This document shows, one piece after another, positions 1 through 12,850 of a stretch of DNA of 64,000 nucleotides. Origin of the DNA: Chiloscyllium plagiosum (Eukaryota); NCBI RefSeq assembly GCF_004010195.1, contig NC_057749.1:20331182-20395181 (forward strand), in the 5' to 3' direction. The position numbers and the translations under genes are program-made. The notes under the pieces were generated by a model, which was given only the letters and a program-made list of their open reading frames with translations, had not been told where the DNA came from and searched no databases. Position 1 is the first letter of the stretch; every line of letters starts with the position of its first letter.

Positions 1-739
1 AAAATATGATGTAAAAGATCAAACATTGTTCACATGTATGGAAGGAGGAGTACTGCAGCCCATGCACAAGTAATTAATTAAAATCTAGCACTTTTTGTTT
101 TTTGTTACCCCCAATTTGATGGGGATCTGCCATTCTGATCTCTTTATATAATGTTTCTCCCAATTAATGACAGTTATAGGGATGGGAAAAGCAAAGGGTC
201 TGCATCATTTCGGGTCCTCATTGTTGGTAAAGTGGCATTGAATTGTGTGCTGAAGCTTGTCATGGCTTTGTATGAAACTGGCATCGATTTCACCAATTCA
301 CCAGTCTCCTTATTGGGTCATTTGTTAACATCCCATTAACTGGTTGTGAATAGTGTGTTGTCTCCAGGGAGTTGGAGTGGCAGATCGCCCTGGCATTCTA
401 ATGCAGGTGAAATTCGTAGTAAGCAACAGTATTTTGCTAATTTATCCTGAATAGAACATCACTTGCCTTTTGAACCGCTACAAATTTTCACGGTTGAAGG
501 CAGCGATTATGGACAATTAATCACTTGGGTTGCTCTGGTGCATTATTAGGTATGTCAGTAAACTTGTCCACTCTTAAAAAAGGGTAATGTGCATTGCAAT
601 TTTATCTATTGGGCTCAAAGTTTCAAGAGCACATACCATCAACCTCCAATCTGACCTTTTCACAAAACCTTGTATTGTATTTTATTTGGATTCCACTAGG
701 TATTCAACATATTTCTTCTTTCGTCCTCTTTACCAGTTA

Positions 740-2160
740 CTGATTCCTTCACATAGGCAATGACTGTTGAGCACTGAAGGCTGTGTTGCCTGCCAGGGTT
801 AAGGATGATGATATGGTTTGGAAATGAGTGTAAAGTGGGAGGGGAAGGACTAAACTGTCATGGCCCACATGGGTACCAATGACATAGGTTAGGCAAAAAA
901 AGAGGTTTTGCTTATTATGAGCAACTGGGACTGAATGAAAAAGCATAACCACAAACATAATCTTTGGATTGCTACCTGACCTTTGTGAAAATTGGTATTA
1001 GTAAATACAATTGCAAAGCTAAATACATTGTTCAGAGTTGGAAGTGAGAGAAATAAGTTTTGACATTTTGAAAGGATAGGATTAAAAGAATTAGAAGTTG
1101 GGGTAGCTCTTTTAATAAAGGTTGAGATCAGTGTAGTGGTGAGAAATGATCTTCGCTCAGACGATCAAGATGTGGAGTAAGTCAAGGTGGAGATAAGAAC
1201 TAGCAAAGGAAGTAAGTCAATGCTGACAATGGAATATAGATGCCCCCCCACCCATTAAGTAGTTACACTGTAGGGCAAGAGTACAAACCAAAAAATACTT
1301 GGGCTTGTAAGAATCTGCAAGGAGTTTTAGATTTAAATTTCTTACGTTCAACCTGAAAGTGAAATGCTGTCATGTTATGATCATTTCTGCCCAGCAGGTC
1401 CTCCATGATAGGTCTAAATAGGTTGCACCCTGGATGGTTCCTCAATCTATCATTCTAAGAAACTATCCTGATTACGCTTGAAGTCATCCTCTGCACTATT
1501 CTTATCAATTTGATTTGACTAATGAATATGAATATCAGTTGTCCATGATTTCTTACCTGGAGATCTGAGTGTTTTTGTACATAAATCGTAAAACGTTAAT
1601 TTACAGATAGCACAAGTGATGAGGAAGGCAGCTGTGATGTTGATCTTATTTGTACGAAGAATGGAATAACAAAAAAAGTGAAGTCTTACTACAACTTACA
1701 GGGCCAAACCATTGCCATAGTGCCGTGTACAATTTGGGCCACCTTACTTATGGAGGAGTTTACTTATTTTGGAGCAAGTTCACAAAAAAGTTCATTGGGG
1801 TGATAGCTGGGATTCTCATGTTGAGAGGTGACCCCTCTTGGCTCCTCTTGGGCACGAATTTAGAGCGAGGGCAAAATTTCAAATAAGGGATTTTCCTTTT
1901 GAACCTAAAATGAGAAATAACTTTTTCTGAGGATCATTTGCCGTTGCAATTCTCTTTCACAATGAGCAGTAGAGACTGAATCATCGAATATATTTGAGAG
2001 CTGAATTAGAGAAATTTTGATTGGCAGGGGAGTTAGAGAATGGGGAACAGGTGAAAAAGTGGAGTAAAGGCCAAGATCAGATGAACCGTGATCTTATTGA
2101 AAGCGGAACTGGCTTGAGGAGCAGATTGACCACCTCCTCCACTGTCTTGTGATCTTACAA
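740..2160. mobile_element. Cluster of old CR1-type LINE fragments in mixed orientation
   Basis: Degenerate matches to the CR1 endonuclease region and 3' end seen in younger copies in this window. Confidence 0.55.
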
Positions 2161-2611
2161 TCAACTTGTACACCTGCTGATGAGAGACATGACTTTTGAC
2201 ATACTGTTTGCCCTGAATTGTAAGAAGTTTTGGGGAAATGGGGAATTCCATTTGGCCTGTACCACCTCCATCAGTGACGATGTGCAAACGGTGTTTCCGT
2301 GGGTTTAACTTCAGTCAAGCCGAATGAAATTCTTCACTAAGTTCAGGAAATCCTCTTATGTTCTGGTATCCATGACAAACATTTACTTTCAAAAAGAATT
2401 TCACTTTGGAGCAGATTCCATTTGAATTTCTTCAAAACATGCAGTGAGAAATCTGTGTCTTGTGACATACCTAAGAACTGCACCATTTGTGCTTTGCTAA
2501 CCAGTTTACTAATCCCTAATGACTAACTTTTTGTTTTACTGCTTTGCTTGGGCCTGTTGTACTGCATGGATCCCAAAATTGTATCCCTCCCCTCTTGTAA
2601 TCATTGAATAG

Positions 2612-2722
2612 ACAGGAGGAGCTGACCGCAGAGGAGCATGGGAAATTCAGCCTAATCGGCAACAAAATCCTTCATACCTGACTTCCCAGCTGGCGTCAGA
2701 CAGACACGGGGGCTCAGTCCAG
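2612..2722 (+). CDS. CSNK1G1: Casein kinase 1 gamma 1-like, internal 111-nt phase-0 exon ([37 protein letters not shown])
   Basis: AG acceptor at 2610-2611 and GT donor at 2723; 37 open codons; peptide resembles, from recall, the CK1-gamma1 long-isoform segment (RRGEWEIQPSRQ...[16 protein letters not shown]) that precedes [10 protein letters not shown]. Confidence 0.9.
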
Positions 2723-4103
2723 GTATAACATCTTCTTGTGTGATTCATTACCAGATGGAGATTTAATTGTGCAGGATTAAAGCCAAATCATGATGCTCTG
2801 TGCCTCCCTAGAGCAGAGTTGTCCCAGACTTCTGCTTTGAGAACCAGATTTGCTTCAGATCTAATGGAGGTGAAGTGATGGGAGTGAGGATAGATCTTCC
2901 AAGAAATAATATCTATAGTTCTAGTACGCTGATTTGATTCTCGAATGTGCCAGGCTGTATCCTGTTCATTTCAGGAATACCAAATGAGCAAAGAAAAGTA
3001 AAATCTATACCTTTCCTATAGTCCCTTTGACTGCATCAGGACATCCAGTGTTGCTCATTGACCAGTGAGGTATTTTTCAAGTGTTCGATTAAAGTAAGTG
3101 CAGCGTTCATTTTGTGCATAGCAAGTTCCTCCAAACAGCAGTTTATTAGTCAGGATACCAGCAAAAAAATCTCCTACTCTTCTTTGAGAAAGCACATTTG
3201 GAGCCTTTGTATCTGTCTGAATTGGTGGATTAGCCTTTATTTAGTGTTCATTCAAACTGCAGCACCTCCCAACAGAGCTGCATACCCCAGGTACCGCACT
3301 GGAGTGTCATCAGATCTTGTACTCAGTTCTCTGAAATGGCACTTCAATTCGTGTCCTTCTAACTCTGAGGTGATGGCTAAACAGTATGACTGGCAGACAC
3401 CCTTTCATATGTGCCAAGGTGGTCAAGCGATAGGTAAAAAGCAAGGCAGGGAGAGAATCAGGACCTGGTAGCGCATGCTTACATGCCGCGAGAAAAGAAA
3501 GCGAGTAGTACAGGGAAGCATTCTATGTTACTGCTTAAATGTAACATTATCCTGGAGCATTCCTTTCAATATATTTTGGTAATGTGTAAACAATAATAAT
3601 TCTTTACACTTCCACGTGGTGCAAATCCTCTTTGCACAAAACCACAGTTCTGGCCTCTTTAGATGTATCTGTAAGCATCTTTCTAACGAGCATTCAACTT
3701 AAGCATGGAGAACAGATTCTATAAGTTTTTTAATGACCACCTAAAAAGTACATTACAGTGTACAATGTGCTTCAATCTCTGATCAGATCATGATCACTGA
3801 GCCGCTGCTGAACCTAAGGGGTGTATATATTAAGATATGATGCTAGCTGTCGGTGCAGCCAAGATTGTCCTGCACATAGAGAGCAAATTATGGTAATCAC
3901 GCACCACATCAGTGAATTGGCTTCACATTTGACACTAAGCAAAGCAGGTAGCAGCTTCCCAAAAATTAGCAGCACAACCAAGTTTGGCATTGTGTTTCTG
4001 TCCACGCTAGATTGTAGTAATGAAAATCGACTGCATGACAGCCAAAACTAAAAACTACCTCAAACCCTGTGACTTGTGCCGATGGAGGAACAGAAGCAAG
4101 TTT

Positions 4104-4505
4104 TAGAACATAGAAAAATACAGCGCAGTACAGGCCCTTTGGCCCTCAATGTTGCGCCGATCCAAGCCCACTATCCTCCATATGCCTATCCAATGCCCGT
4201 TTAAATGCCCATAAAGAGGGAGAGTCCACCACTGCTACTAGCAGGGCATTCCATGAACTCACGACTCGCTGAGTAAAGAATCTACCCCTAACATCTGTCC
4301 TATACCTACCACCCCTTAATTTAAAGCTATGCCCCCTCGTAATAGCCCAAAACTGCACACAATACTCCAGATGCAGCCGCACCAGAGTCTTATACAACTG
4401 CAACATGACCAGGGCTCCGGAACTCAATTCCTCTACCAATAAAAGCCAGTACGCTATATGCATTCCTCACCACACTATTTACCTGGGTGGCAACTTTCAG
4501 AGATC
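4104..4505 (-). mobile_element. CR1 LINE 3' fragment with internal deletion
   Basis: MLQLYKTLVRLHLEYCVQFW fused directly to TRGHSFKL...FFTQRVV..WNAL. Confidence 0.85.
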
Positions 4506-5020
4506 TGGAATACACAATGGCAGCATCTGGTCGTTTTTGAATTACTGTGTGCATGGTGGCTGACACATATGTAGATTTCTTTAAAACTATCGGACTTTTT
4601 AAAAAAAAAACTGCTGCCTCAGTTTTCTATCACTTAACAGAAGGAGGTGAAAGAGCTTGAACTATATAGGTTGACAGTGCCCAAAATTTCTCCCTTCCAA
4701 TGACGATAGATACATACCCAAGAAGCCATTATACACACCCAGAAGCAGCTTTGTGTTGTATCTGGAGTCTTGTTAACCATCTACTCAATTTAGACCAGTT
4801 GCCTTCAAGAAAATGATTTCTGATGCTCCTAATTAATAAATCTGCTGTGAAGGGGACTCATGTTATATTTCAGTTACTATAATTGTGTGTATTGTCAAGG
4901 GAAGATAAAGAAGAAAGGTGACATAAGTTTCCATCAAGTAAATCACAAGTGTTAGCACACTCAGATTAAATGACGTGATCTGTATCTGTGTAAAATTATT
5001 ATCCTTGTTTATCTTAAAAG

Positions 5021-5127
5021 GTGGTCAGCTCAACTAACGGCGAGCTCAACGTCGATGACCCAACAGCAGCACACTCCAGTGCACCAATCGCAGCCCAACC
5101 AGAGGTGGAACTTTCAGAAGATACTAA
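5021..5127 (+). CDS. CSNK1G1: Casein kinase 1 gamma 1-like exon ([35 protein letters not shown]+AA)
   Basis: AG acceptor at 5019-5020, GTATGT donor at 5128; characteristic CK1-gamma C-terminal [10 protein letters not shown] motif; VDDPT fits gamma1; ends in phase 2, matching the downstream exons. Confidence 0.95.
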
Positions 5128-5449
5128 GTATGTGCCCTATGATACATTACACCCTGTTATGCTTGGTGAATGCTCCACCTTACTCTATTCATTTCAGTTG
5201 TTGTGTTGGCTCTTGCAACCTCAAAAGAGACATGTTCAACTTAGAATATTCTGCTCAAGGCTCCAGTGGAGTTCAGACACTCAGCATTGAGTGGACCTTT
5301 TTTAAGGCAGGTGTATATTTACTGTTCAGATCGACGTATGAAACTTGAAAGATGGGGAAGGAAATTTTAATTGGTCATTTTTCTAAAGTTAAAGTTTCCA
5401 ATTTAACTTTGCACTACTTCCTGACTCCAACCCTTACAGCAACACTTGG

Positions 5450-5670
5450 CTAGGAACATAGGAACAAGAGTAGGCCATTCAGTCTTTTGAGTCCGCTGCC
5501 ATTTAATAAGAGAATGGCTGATCTGTGCCCTAACTCCATATACCTGCCTTTGGCCCATATCCCTTAATATCTTTGCTTAATAAAAATGTAATAATCTTGA
5601 ATTTAAAACTGTCAATGGACTTATTATCAACTGCTGTAAATGAGAGAGAGGTCCAAACCTCTGCTCCTTG
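5450..5670 (-). mobile_element. CR1 LINE 3' end fragment
   Basis: TAGGAACATAGGAAC...GTAGGCCATTCAG terminal signature shared with other copies. Confidence 0.6.
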
Positions 5671-8034
5671 GCCCCCCTACTCTTATAAAGAAATTGATAA
5701 AATAGTACCTCATTTCACTAAAATGGCATCTTTTTTGCTTGATGCCTGGTAATGTGCCTTAATATGACTTCTTAGTCAACAACAAAATGCAGTGAACTTG
5801 ACAGTTTAGCAAACAATGGGAAAACACCCCAAGTCTCTGCATTATTCTGCCGTGTTTGCATTTGTGACCTTCATTTCCAAAACTGAACTTATTTCACCTA
5901 ACATCTAAGTATTTAACTGAACTGACAGGATTCTTTTCCATATAGTTCCCAAATTTATAGTATATTCCAAAACTAAAAGCTGGCATCCATGGGCATTCAT
6001 AGGCAATGGCATTTTTTGTGATGGATTCTTAAAATGTGGAGCATTGACCTTCATTGAAATGTATCTGGCTGGTGAGTGCATGCAAGGCAGACTGTGACCC
6101 ACGCGGATGGAGCAGCGGTTTTCCATAATCCTTTTAACCCTTTCACTGTCTCATTTTGGTTAATATTAATGCCTTTCCTTGTTGAGTTTTTTCTTGAATA
6201 GTGTTAGGTGCTTGTTCTGGTTAGAACAGACTTGATGGAAAAAGATCTGGATAACCCAATAGCAGAATGGGCAGGATTTCTGATGCATCAACTCTTGAAC
6301 CTGCAGTATTTTTCATGATTACAGAGAAGAATGTCTTTCATCTCAGGCTTTTGGTGTTCTCACTTTCGCTGAGAATTCCTGACTTGTAAACATCAGCATT
6401 AGTTTGCGATATTTCAAGGAGCCGAGGGATTAACACTTTAGATCATCTCTTTAACAAAATGCGTGTCTTTTTGATAAAATATCACATTGTTGATTGGGAC
6501 CTATGTTTTACAAGTTTAATGATCTACTAGGAAATGTTTGTTGGTGTCCCATACATGCAGTGAAAAAATATATCTTTAAGATGTTATTCCTTTTAATGCC
6601 TATCATTGTGTATAGGCACAGAAGAGATAAAGTTGTTGATATGTAAATATTGGTGTGTGCCAGTGAAAGGGTTAATAATTCCTGCATTTCCATCATTTTC
6701 TCCTGATACGCTTTTCATGCCAGCATAATTAGAACAATCTCAACAAACTCTTCCTTGAAGAAGATTGTATTGTATTGGCTAAACTGTAGTTGACCGTTCT
6801 AATGCAGTTGACCGTTAACTGCTAACCCTGTCAAATCATGTTTTCCCTTTACTATCTTCATTTTAAGCTGGATTGTTACAGGCCTCCCTAAATCCTCCTT
6901 TCCTACCACACCACCACCCCCCATCCCACCTCACCTGTACCTTGCTGTCAGAATGCATTAAGAGTTTAACCAATGATCATTGTGTTGAACTAGGACAGTG
7001 CAGCACTGAAAAGTAGCAAGCTACAAAAAGGGAGAAAGATTGTAGCAAAATACATGAGGTTACCATGGCGATACAGTTTTATACTTTGGTTACAGTTCTG
7101 AGACGCCAAGTAGAAAGATGTGTTCTGTGGCAGTAAAAGGGTTTATGATCAAGACTTAGAATTCTGTTGAACAGAAATTATAACTCTTCAAAACATGTCT
7201 GCATAATTGAATTGCTGGTCCTTTTGCAATGTCCGGAAGGAAGATCCACTTTGTTTGGTATGGCAGTCTGCAGGTTAGATCAAATGCACGGCTGAAATGC
7301 TCAAGTTGCTTGCCTTTCTTATTCATAATTTGCAGCCTCGGCAATACTGAGGGAAGAGGAAATTGAGGTCAATACAGATAACAGGGCCTTTGAACATCAA
7401 ATCATTTGATGGAATAAAGATCCTTTGAAGACTGTGTAAAGTTTGCTACTTAAAAGCCTTTTTTTGAATTTTTGATTTTTTTCTATTATTCCATGAAAAA
7501 ATGTAATTACCAGTTAATAAGGAACATTTCATTTATCATTCAATAGAGAGTAAATACTGTGTATAATGAAGATGTTGGAAAATCAAAGCCTGATTTAACT
7601 TTAACCACTGCAGCTAGTGAGAATGTAAAGCATTAAAGCCAAACATCTGGAAGGTGAGAGGTTACAGTTCAGCTGTCTACTCAAAATGGCGTCTGCCTTG
7701 AATATTGATGTGACTTTTCTTTCACTTCTTCTAGTTGACAAACAACTTGTCACTTGACTAGCTTCTGCATTCTAATTGGATGGTTTTTGTGTCCAGGAAT
7801 TCTATTCAGTTAAATCTTTTTTGCTTTTCCTGTGCTCCCTTTCCTTATCTCGCTCTTTGCTTCCCTCATTCCATCCCACTAACTTCACCCTTGCTGTTTT
7901 CTGAAGCCCTCTTGTTGTGTAGTTACGTCTTCCCTCCCTCACCCCACCTTTGTGAGCCATGTGCATGATAAGCTTAACGGCGGCGCTTTCTCCTTTGATT
8001 AATCTGTTGTCTTTTCTCTCTAAACTCTTTGTAG

Positions 8035-8058
8035 CTGCATCAAAGTGCTCAACATGTG
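8035..8058 (+). CDS. CSNK1G1: 24-nt frame-preserving microexon of CK1-gamma (gives N-CIKVLNM-W)
   Basis: Long pyrimidine tract plus TAG acceptor (8032-8034), consensus GTGAGT donor (8059-8064), phase 2/phase 2; resembles the NCQKVLNMW insert recalled from CK1-gamma3 isoforms. Confidence 0.85.
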
Positions 8059-8869
8059 GTGAGTCCCTCTCTTTGATCAGGGAAAGAGGGAGTGGACCAG
8101 GCTAGAATGACACAAACAAAAAGTGACAATCTATCCTCTTGGATGGCTGTTACGTGAACTCATGATTGACCTCTAGGTTTGACCACCACGTAAATCAAGT
8201 AGAAACTTGAATGAAAATTTGCAGTACAAGTGGTATTAGCAACAGAAGTCAAGTCTGTGCTTTGGACTTGAAGAAAATACTGAAAACTTAGGTCGTTCAG
8301 AGTCATGGCTTTTGTCACAATCAGTTTGCTTAGAGTCAAATATACGTCTGCAAACAGCCTTGCAGATTTCCAGTTCAGTTTTTGATCGTTCAGTTGATCA
8401 TTTGAGCAATTATGCAACTGTGTTTGACTTCTAGGACAGGTGTATGAAGCATGTTTAGTTGATTCTTGTAGCCACAAAGATGTCTTTTTGTGCTTTTCAA
8501 TGGTGTAGCAATCAAATGTCACAGAGACTGTGCTGATTCTGTACAAGCTGATTATAGTTATTCCATCTGTGTCTGGTACCATTGATGTTCCTATGAAAAA
8601 TACTTCCTCAGAGACAGCTCTCGATCAGCTGCAGAGACTCCTTGAATCAGGTTCTTGACAGTTGCCTCCAGCAATCTCAATGTTTGGGTCAATTTGAAAA
8701 AAAAAAGTTAAATATTTTCCAAGAAATGTGAAAACACCTGTCTTTGAGTACCAGATTAATGTGATATTTAACATAAATTAAGTTTAACAAACCACAAGAT
8801 AATTAAGTAGAGATTTTACTTCCTTCCCATCTGCTTAGTTCTAAATTGCATGTTTTAAGTAAGGACAGA

Positions 8870-9287
8870 GTTTTGAGTTATAAAGAGAGGCTGGATAGCC
8901 TGGGACATTGTTCCCCTGGAGTGTAGGAGGCATGACCTTATAAAGAGGCATAGAGAAGGTGAATAGCCAAGGTCTTTTCCCCAGGGTAGGGAGTCTAAAA
9001 CTAGAGGGCATAGGTTTAAGCTGAGAGGGGAAATATTTAAAAAAGGACCTGAGGGGCAACTTTTTCACACAGAGTGGTGCATGTATGGAATGAACGGCCA
9101 GGGCAAGTGGTAGAGGTGGGTGCAATTGTAACATTTAGAAGACATTTGGGCAGGTACCTGAATAGGAAAGGTTTAGAGGCTTATGAGACAAATGCAGGCA
9201 AATGAGATTAGTTTGGTTTAGGAAATCTGGTTCGCGTGGATGAGTTGGGTAGAAGGGTCTGTTTCTGTGCTGTATGATTCTATGACA
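8870..9287 (+). mobile_element. CR1 LINE 3' fragment
   Basis: ACTAGAGGGCATAGGTTTAAG...TTTTTCACACAGAG; ends in ATGATTCTATGAC short-repeat tail. Confidence 0.8.
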
Positions 9288-9524
9288 CAGTCCTGACAGC
9301 CTATTCTCCTGCAGAAGAAATTTAAAATTATGCTGTTGAATTCCAGGTCTACAAAGTTGTGCTTTTAGTTAAAATAGCCTTTAGTTATCGCTTGACTGAA
9401 AATATAAGTCAAAACTGTAGCAATGGTCAACATGCTTCAGTTAGTTTAGATTTACTGAATAGAGATGTAAGTGTATTGCAATTTGGCTCCACATGTGTTT
9501 GTAACGTCAACATTTACTACAGTG

Positions 9525-9739
9525 TCTAGATTAGAGTGGTGCTGGAAAAGCACAACAGATCAGGCAGCATCCGAGGAGCAGGAAAATCAACATTTCGGGC
9601 AAAAGCCCTTCCTGATGAAGGGCTTTTGCCCGAAATGTCGATTTTCCTGCTCCTCGGATGCTGCCTGACCTGTGCTTTTCCAGCACCACTCTAAGCTGGA
9701 CTCTCATTTCCAGCATCTGCAGTCCTCACTTTTGCCTAT
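9525..9739 (+). mobile_element. Palindromic hammerhead-bearing mini-element (family A)
   Basis: Inverted arms ~9531-9611 and ~9617-9694; CTGATGA-A-GGGC-TTTT-GCCC-GAAA-TGTC at 9612-9639; near-perfect TSD TTTA(C/T)TACAGTG at 9513-9524 and 9740-9751. Confidence 0.85.
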
Positions 9740-11204
9740 TTTATTACAGTGGACGACTGCAATTCTCTTTCCAAATGCTCCGACAAATAATTGGGAATAA
9801 AGTTTCAAAACCCTAAGCAGAGAAGCTATTAAACTATGACCATTATTTTGCAATAAAATTGGGCTTGACTTTGGAATATATCAGTTTGATTAAATATCAT
9901 TTTTTTAAAAATCGTTATATTCGACTGCTGCCATGTCTGGTTAAGGTTTCGTGCTTTGTTGCTTAATTCTGTTGCAATTTTTAGATCCCTCGTCTGACAA
10001 TCATGAACTGAGTTAATGACCAGAATTTGTGAAGTAACTATCAGAAGCTGATACTTCACTCACTTCATTCTACCGGGATTGTGTGTGTAGATCCGCTTTA
10101 AGAGCGTGCAAAAGTAGTATAATTGCATTTGCAGGCTTTTTGATCCATTTCCAGACTTGTGTAATGTGAGTAAGAGCAATGGTACTCGAGGAAGGGGAAG
10201 AGTACCACGTGGAACAACAAAAGTGTTTTAATTTTTTTTTAAAGCCCCTTAAAATCAGATGGCACTAAATGTTGAGAGTCCTGCTGTGCTCAGTGTTGTA
10301 GGACAGGGGACGGCCATAAATTCAATCCTGAGTTCCTGACTCCCGACATCATGCCAGGATGATATTTGCTGGATAGAAGGAAATAGGAGAAGAATAAAGT
10401 ATATTTTGAATAAATGGTACTGCTTCTTGGAAGTCAGCCAGAGAGATTATTAACAATGGTCTGGGAGCAAGCCATCTATCCATTCACCAGCAGGCTGCAA
10501 GTTTAAGATGCGATATCATTTGAAAAGAATATTCTCATGCGGAGATGAAATTTCAAATCAACCGTGATTTGATTATGAAAAATAAATTATTAACTATGAA
10601 CCAGTATTTACTTCCCTTCAAAGTTCATGTACTTTTTGGGTGATCTGCTCCTGTAATTAGTCTCCTGGGAAATACTTTGCAAAGTTTCTCCCTGCATGAC
10701 ACCCAACATGTGAATTGCATTAACTGCTTAAATATCTCCCCAAATCTACTTCTCTGGTTACTTTCCTTAGTATAACACCTCCATGGCTTCTCAGCTCAAA
10801 AACCATTGAGCATCTGGTTCTTTAAAGCTGTATCATTTCGAAGGGGGTAACTCAATAATTCTGCTCTTACCAACGCAACAGTAGCAAGCACTTTTGCAAC
10901 AAAGCCTTTCTCCCTCCCCACAACATGTACTTATAAGCATCTATATTCATAGATATGACTTCAACTTTCACATATGTATTGAGGAGCAAAAGTAAGTAAC
11001 TTCTGCTTCCCTATAATGCCTGTCGTTATTGATGTGCTCTTGTTCCTTCCACCCAAAAAATTCTGCATTCTCCATTCGTTTTGCCATTTAAAAACAAACA
11101 AAACGTTTCTCTCTTTAACTGTACCATAGATGAAGCAAACAGGACTGAGAATTTTAATTTGAATGCAGAATTATTCACATTGCTCCCTGAGCTCCCTCCA
11201 TTAT

Positions 11205-11695
11205 ATCACTTACAGCTCAGAAACAAACTCTTTGGTCCACCTCATCCATGTTGACCAAGTTTCCCAAACTAAATTAGTCCCTGCGCTTGGCCAATATCCC
11301 TCTAAATCTTTCCTTTTCATGCACCTATCCAAGTGTCTTTTAAATGTGGTAACTGTACCTGCATCTCTCACTTCCTCTGGCAGTCCATTCCACACATGAA
11401 CCATCCTCTATGAAAATGTTGCCCCTCAGGTCCTTTTTAAATCTTCCCCCTTCACCTTAAAAATATGCAGGGAATTGGTGTAGCTCAGCTGGCTGGATTG
11501 CTGGATTGCATGGGATCAATTCCCATCACTGGCTTGAGGTTACCGTGAAGGGCTCTCTTTCTCAACCTCTTCCTCGCCTGAGACCTGGTGGCCCTCAGGT
11601 TAAACCAGCACCAGTTGCTTCTCTCTCTAATGAGAGAGGAACCCTATGGTCTGGTAAGACTATGGTGACACAACAAAAATATGCCCCTTATCTTT
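11205..11695 (-). mobile_element. CR1 LINE 3' fragment interrupted by a SINE
   Basis: VWNGLPEEVRDAGTVTTFKRHLDR peptide. Confidence 0.75.
11469..11674 (+). mobile_element. tRNA-derived SINE (second family); related copy at ~13285-13500
   Basis: A-box-like TAGCTCAGCTGG head, shared CTCAGGTTAA...TAATGAGA body; TSD AAAAATATGC at 11459-11468 and 11675-11684. Confidence 0.7.
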
Positions 11696-12655
11696 GATCC
11701 ACAATTTTCTTGACATGACTTCTGACTGTTATTTGTTCTTGGAATTTGCATGACTGGCAAAGCTGCATTTATTACCCATCCCTAACTTCCTAAAGAAGTT
11801 GATAATGAGCCATCTAGTGCTTGTTTTTATAATTGATTTACTTGCCAGACTACCTGAGAGATCTTGGAAGTATCAATCATACAGTGTGGGACTGGAGTCG
11901 TGCAAAGGCCAGACCCGGTAAAGGTGAAAGATTTCCTTCCTGGAAGGAATTAAAGAACAGGCTAGATTTTATGGCAATGCCTTTTATATCTACCTTCTTG
12001 TGGCTCACACTTAACAAATTAGATTTGGTTTTCTATCCTCCACAGTATGATTTTTTTTTTTCACTCAGTTACTCGCACTTACTTTAGAAGTCCAAATAGG
12101 CAGTTCTCATTATGAAATGACTTTGGTGGCTTCACATAGTTACTTTCTGTTGGGTCATTCAAACAAATGTAGAAATGGTTTTTCTTAGTCACTGTAGAAT
12201 CGTGGATTTCTGGAGGAAGATCCTTCAAAAGGAAATGGGATGACACTTGAGTGAAATAATTTGTGAGGCTATAAGGATAGAACAGGGGAATGAGATTGCT
12301 TCTGCAAAGTGCTAGCATGGACTGAGTGGGCTGAATGGCCTATTGTGTTGTTTTGACTCTCAAAAATGGCTTCCACCATGTTATCTTTGCTGAAGGATAT
12401 CCACTGTTGACACATTCCCATATTTTTCATGTGTTTTCGATATTCAGATTGTTGCATTTATCTAGCTTAATATCCGTCTGTGTGCTAACCTGCGCAGTTC
12501 TGTTGTCCAGATGCATAGATTTTCCATTCCCTCCCTGACCCCTCTCACTTGCAACAGACGCATATCACTTGTCAGCAGATTTCATTGAAGCTGCCATCTC
12601 CATATTGTGCATAAATAGTTAAAACCATATAGATCCAGCCTAATCTCCTGTGGAT

Positions 12656-12850
12656 AAACACAAAGAGCTATAGATGCTGGAAATCTGAAACTAAAACAAT
12701 GTGCGTTGGAGTAGACAGGTCTGGCAGCATCTAGAGAGTGAAAGCAGTTAATGTTTCAAAACCAGTGACCCTTCTTCAGTCCTGACTTGAAATGTTAACT
12801 CTTTTATATCGATATGCTGCCAGACCCTGCGGTGTTTCTGAGGCACACTT
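12656..12850. mobile_element. Older palindromic mini-element (family C), degenerate hammerhead
   Basis: GGTCTGGCAGCAT...ATGCTGCCAGACC inverted arms; minus strand CTGAAGAAGGGTCACTGGTTTTGAAACATTAACTG. Confidence 0.65.

Noticed and set aside
5021..5290. 89-aa ORF as a standalone gene
   Set aside because: Only the first 107 nt are a CK1-gamma exon; the rest is read-through past a GTATGT donor
9525..9739. Palindromic elements as DNA-transposon MITEs or miRNA precursors
   Set aside because: TSDs are long and variable (12-16 bp), arms are asymmetric with variable centres, and a non-palindromic copy exists, all fitting retro-insertion with inversion; no miRNA evidence is available from sequence alone
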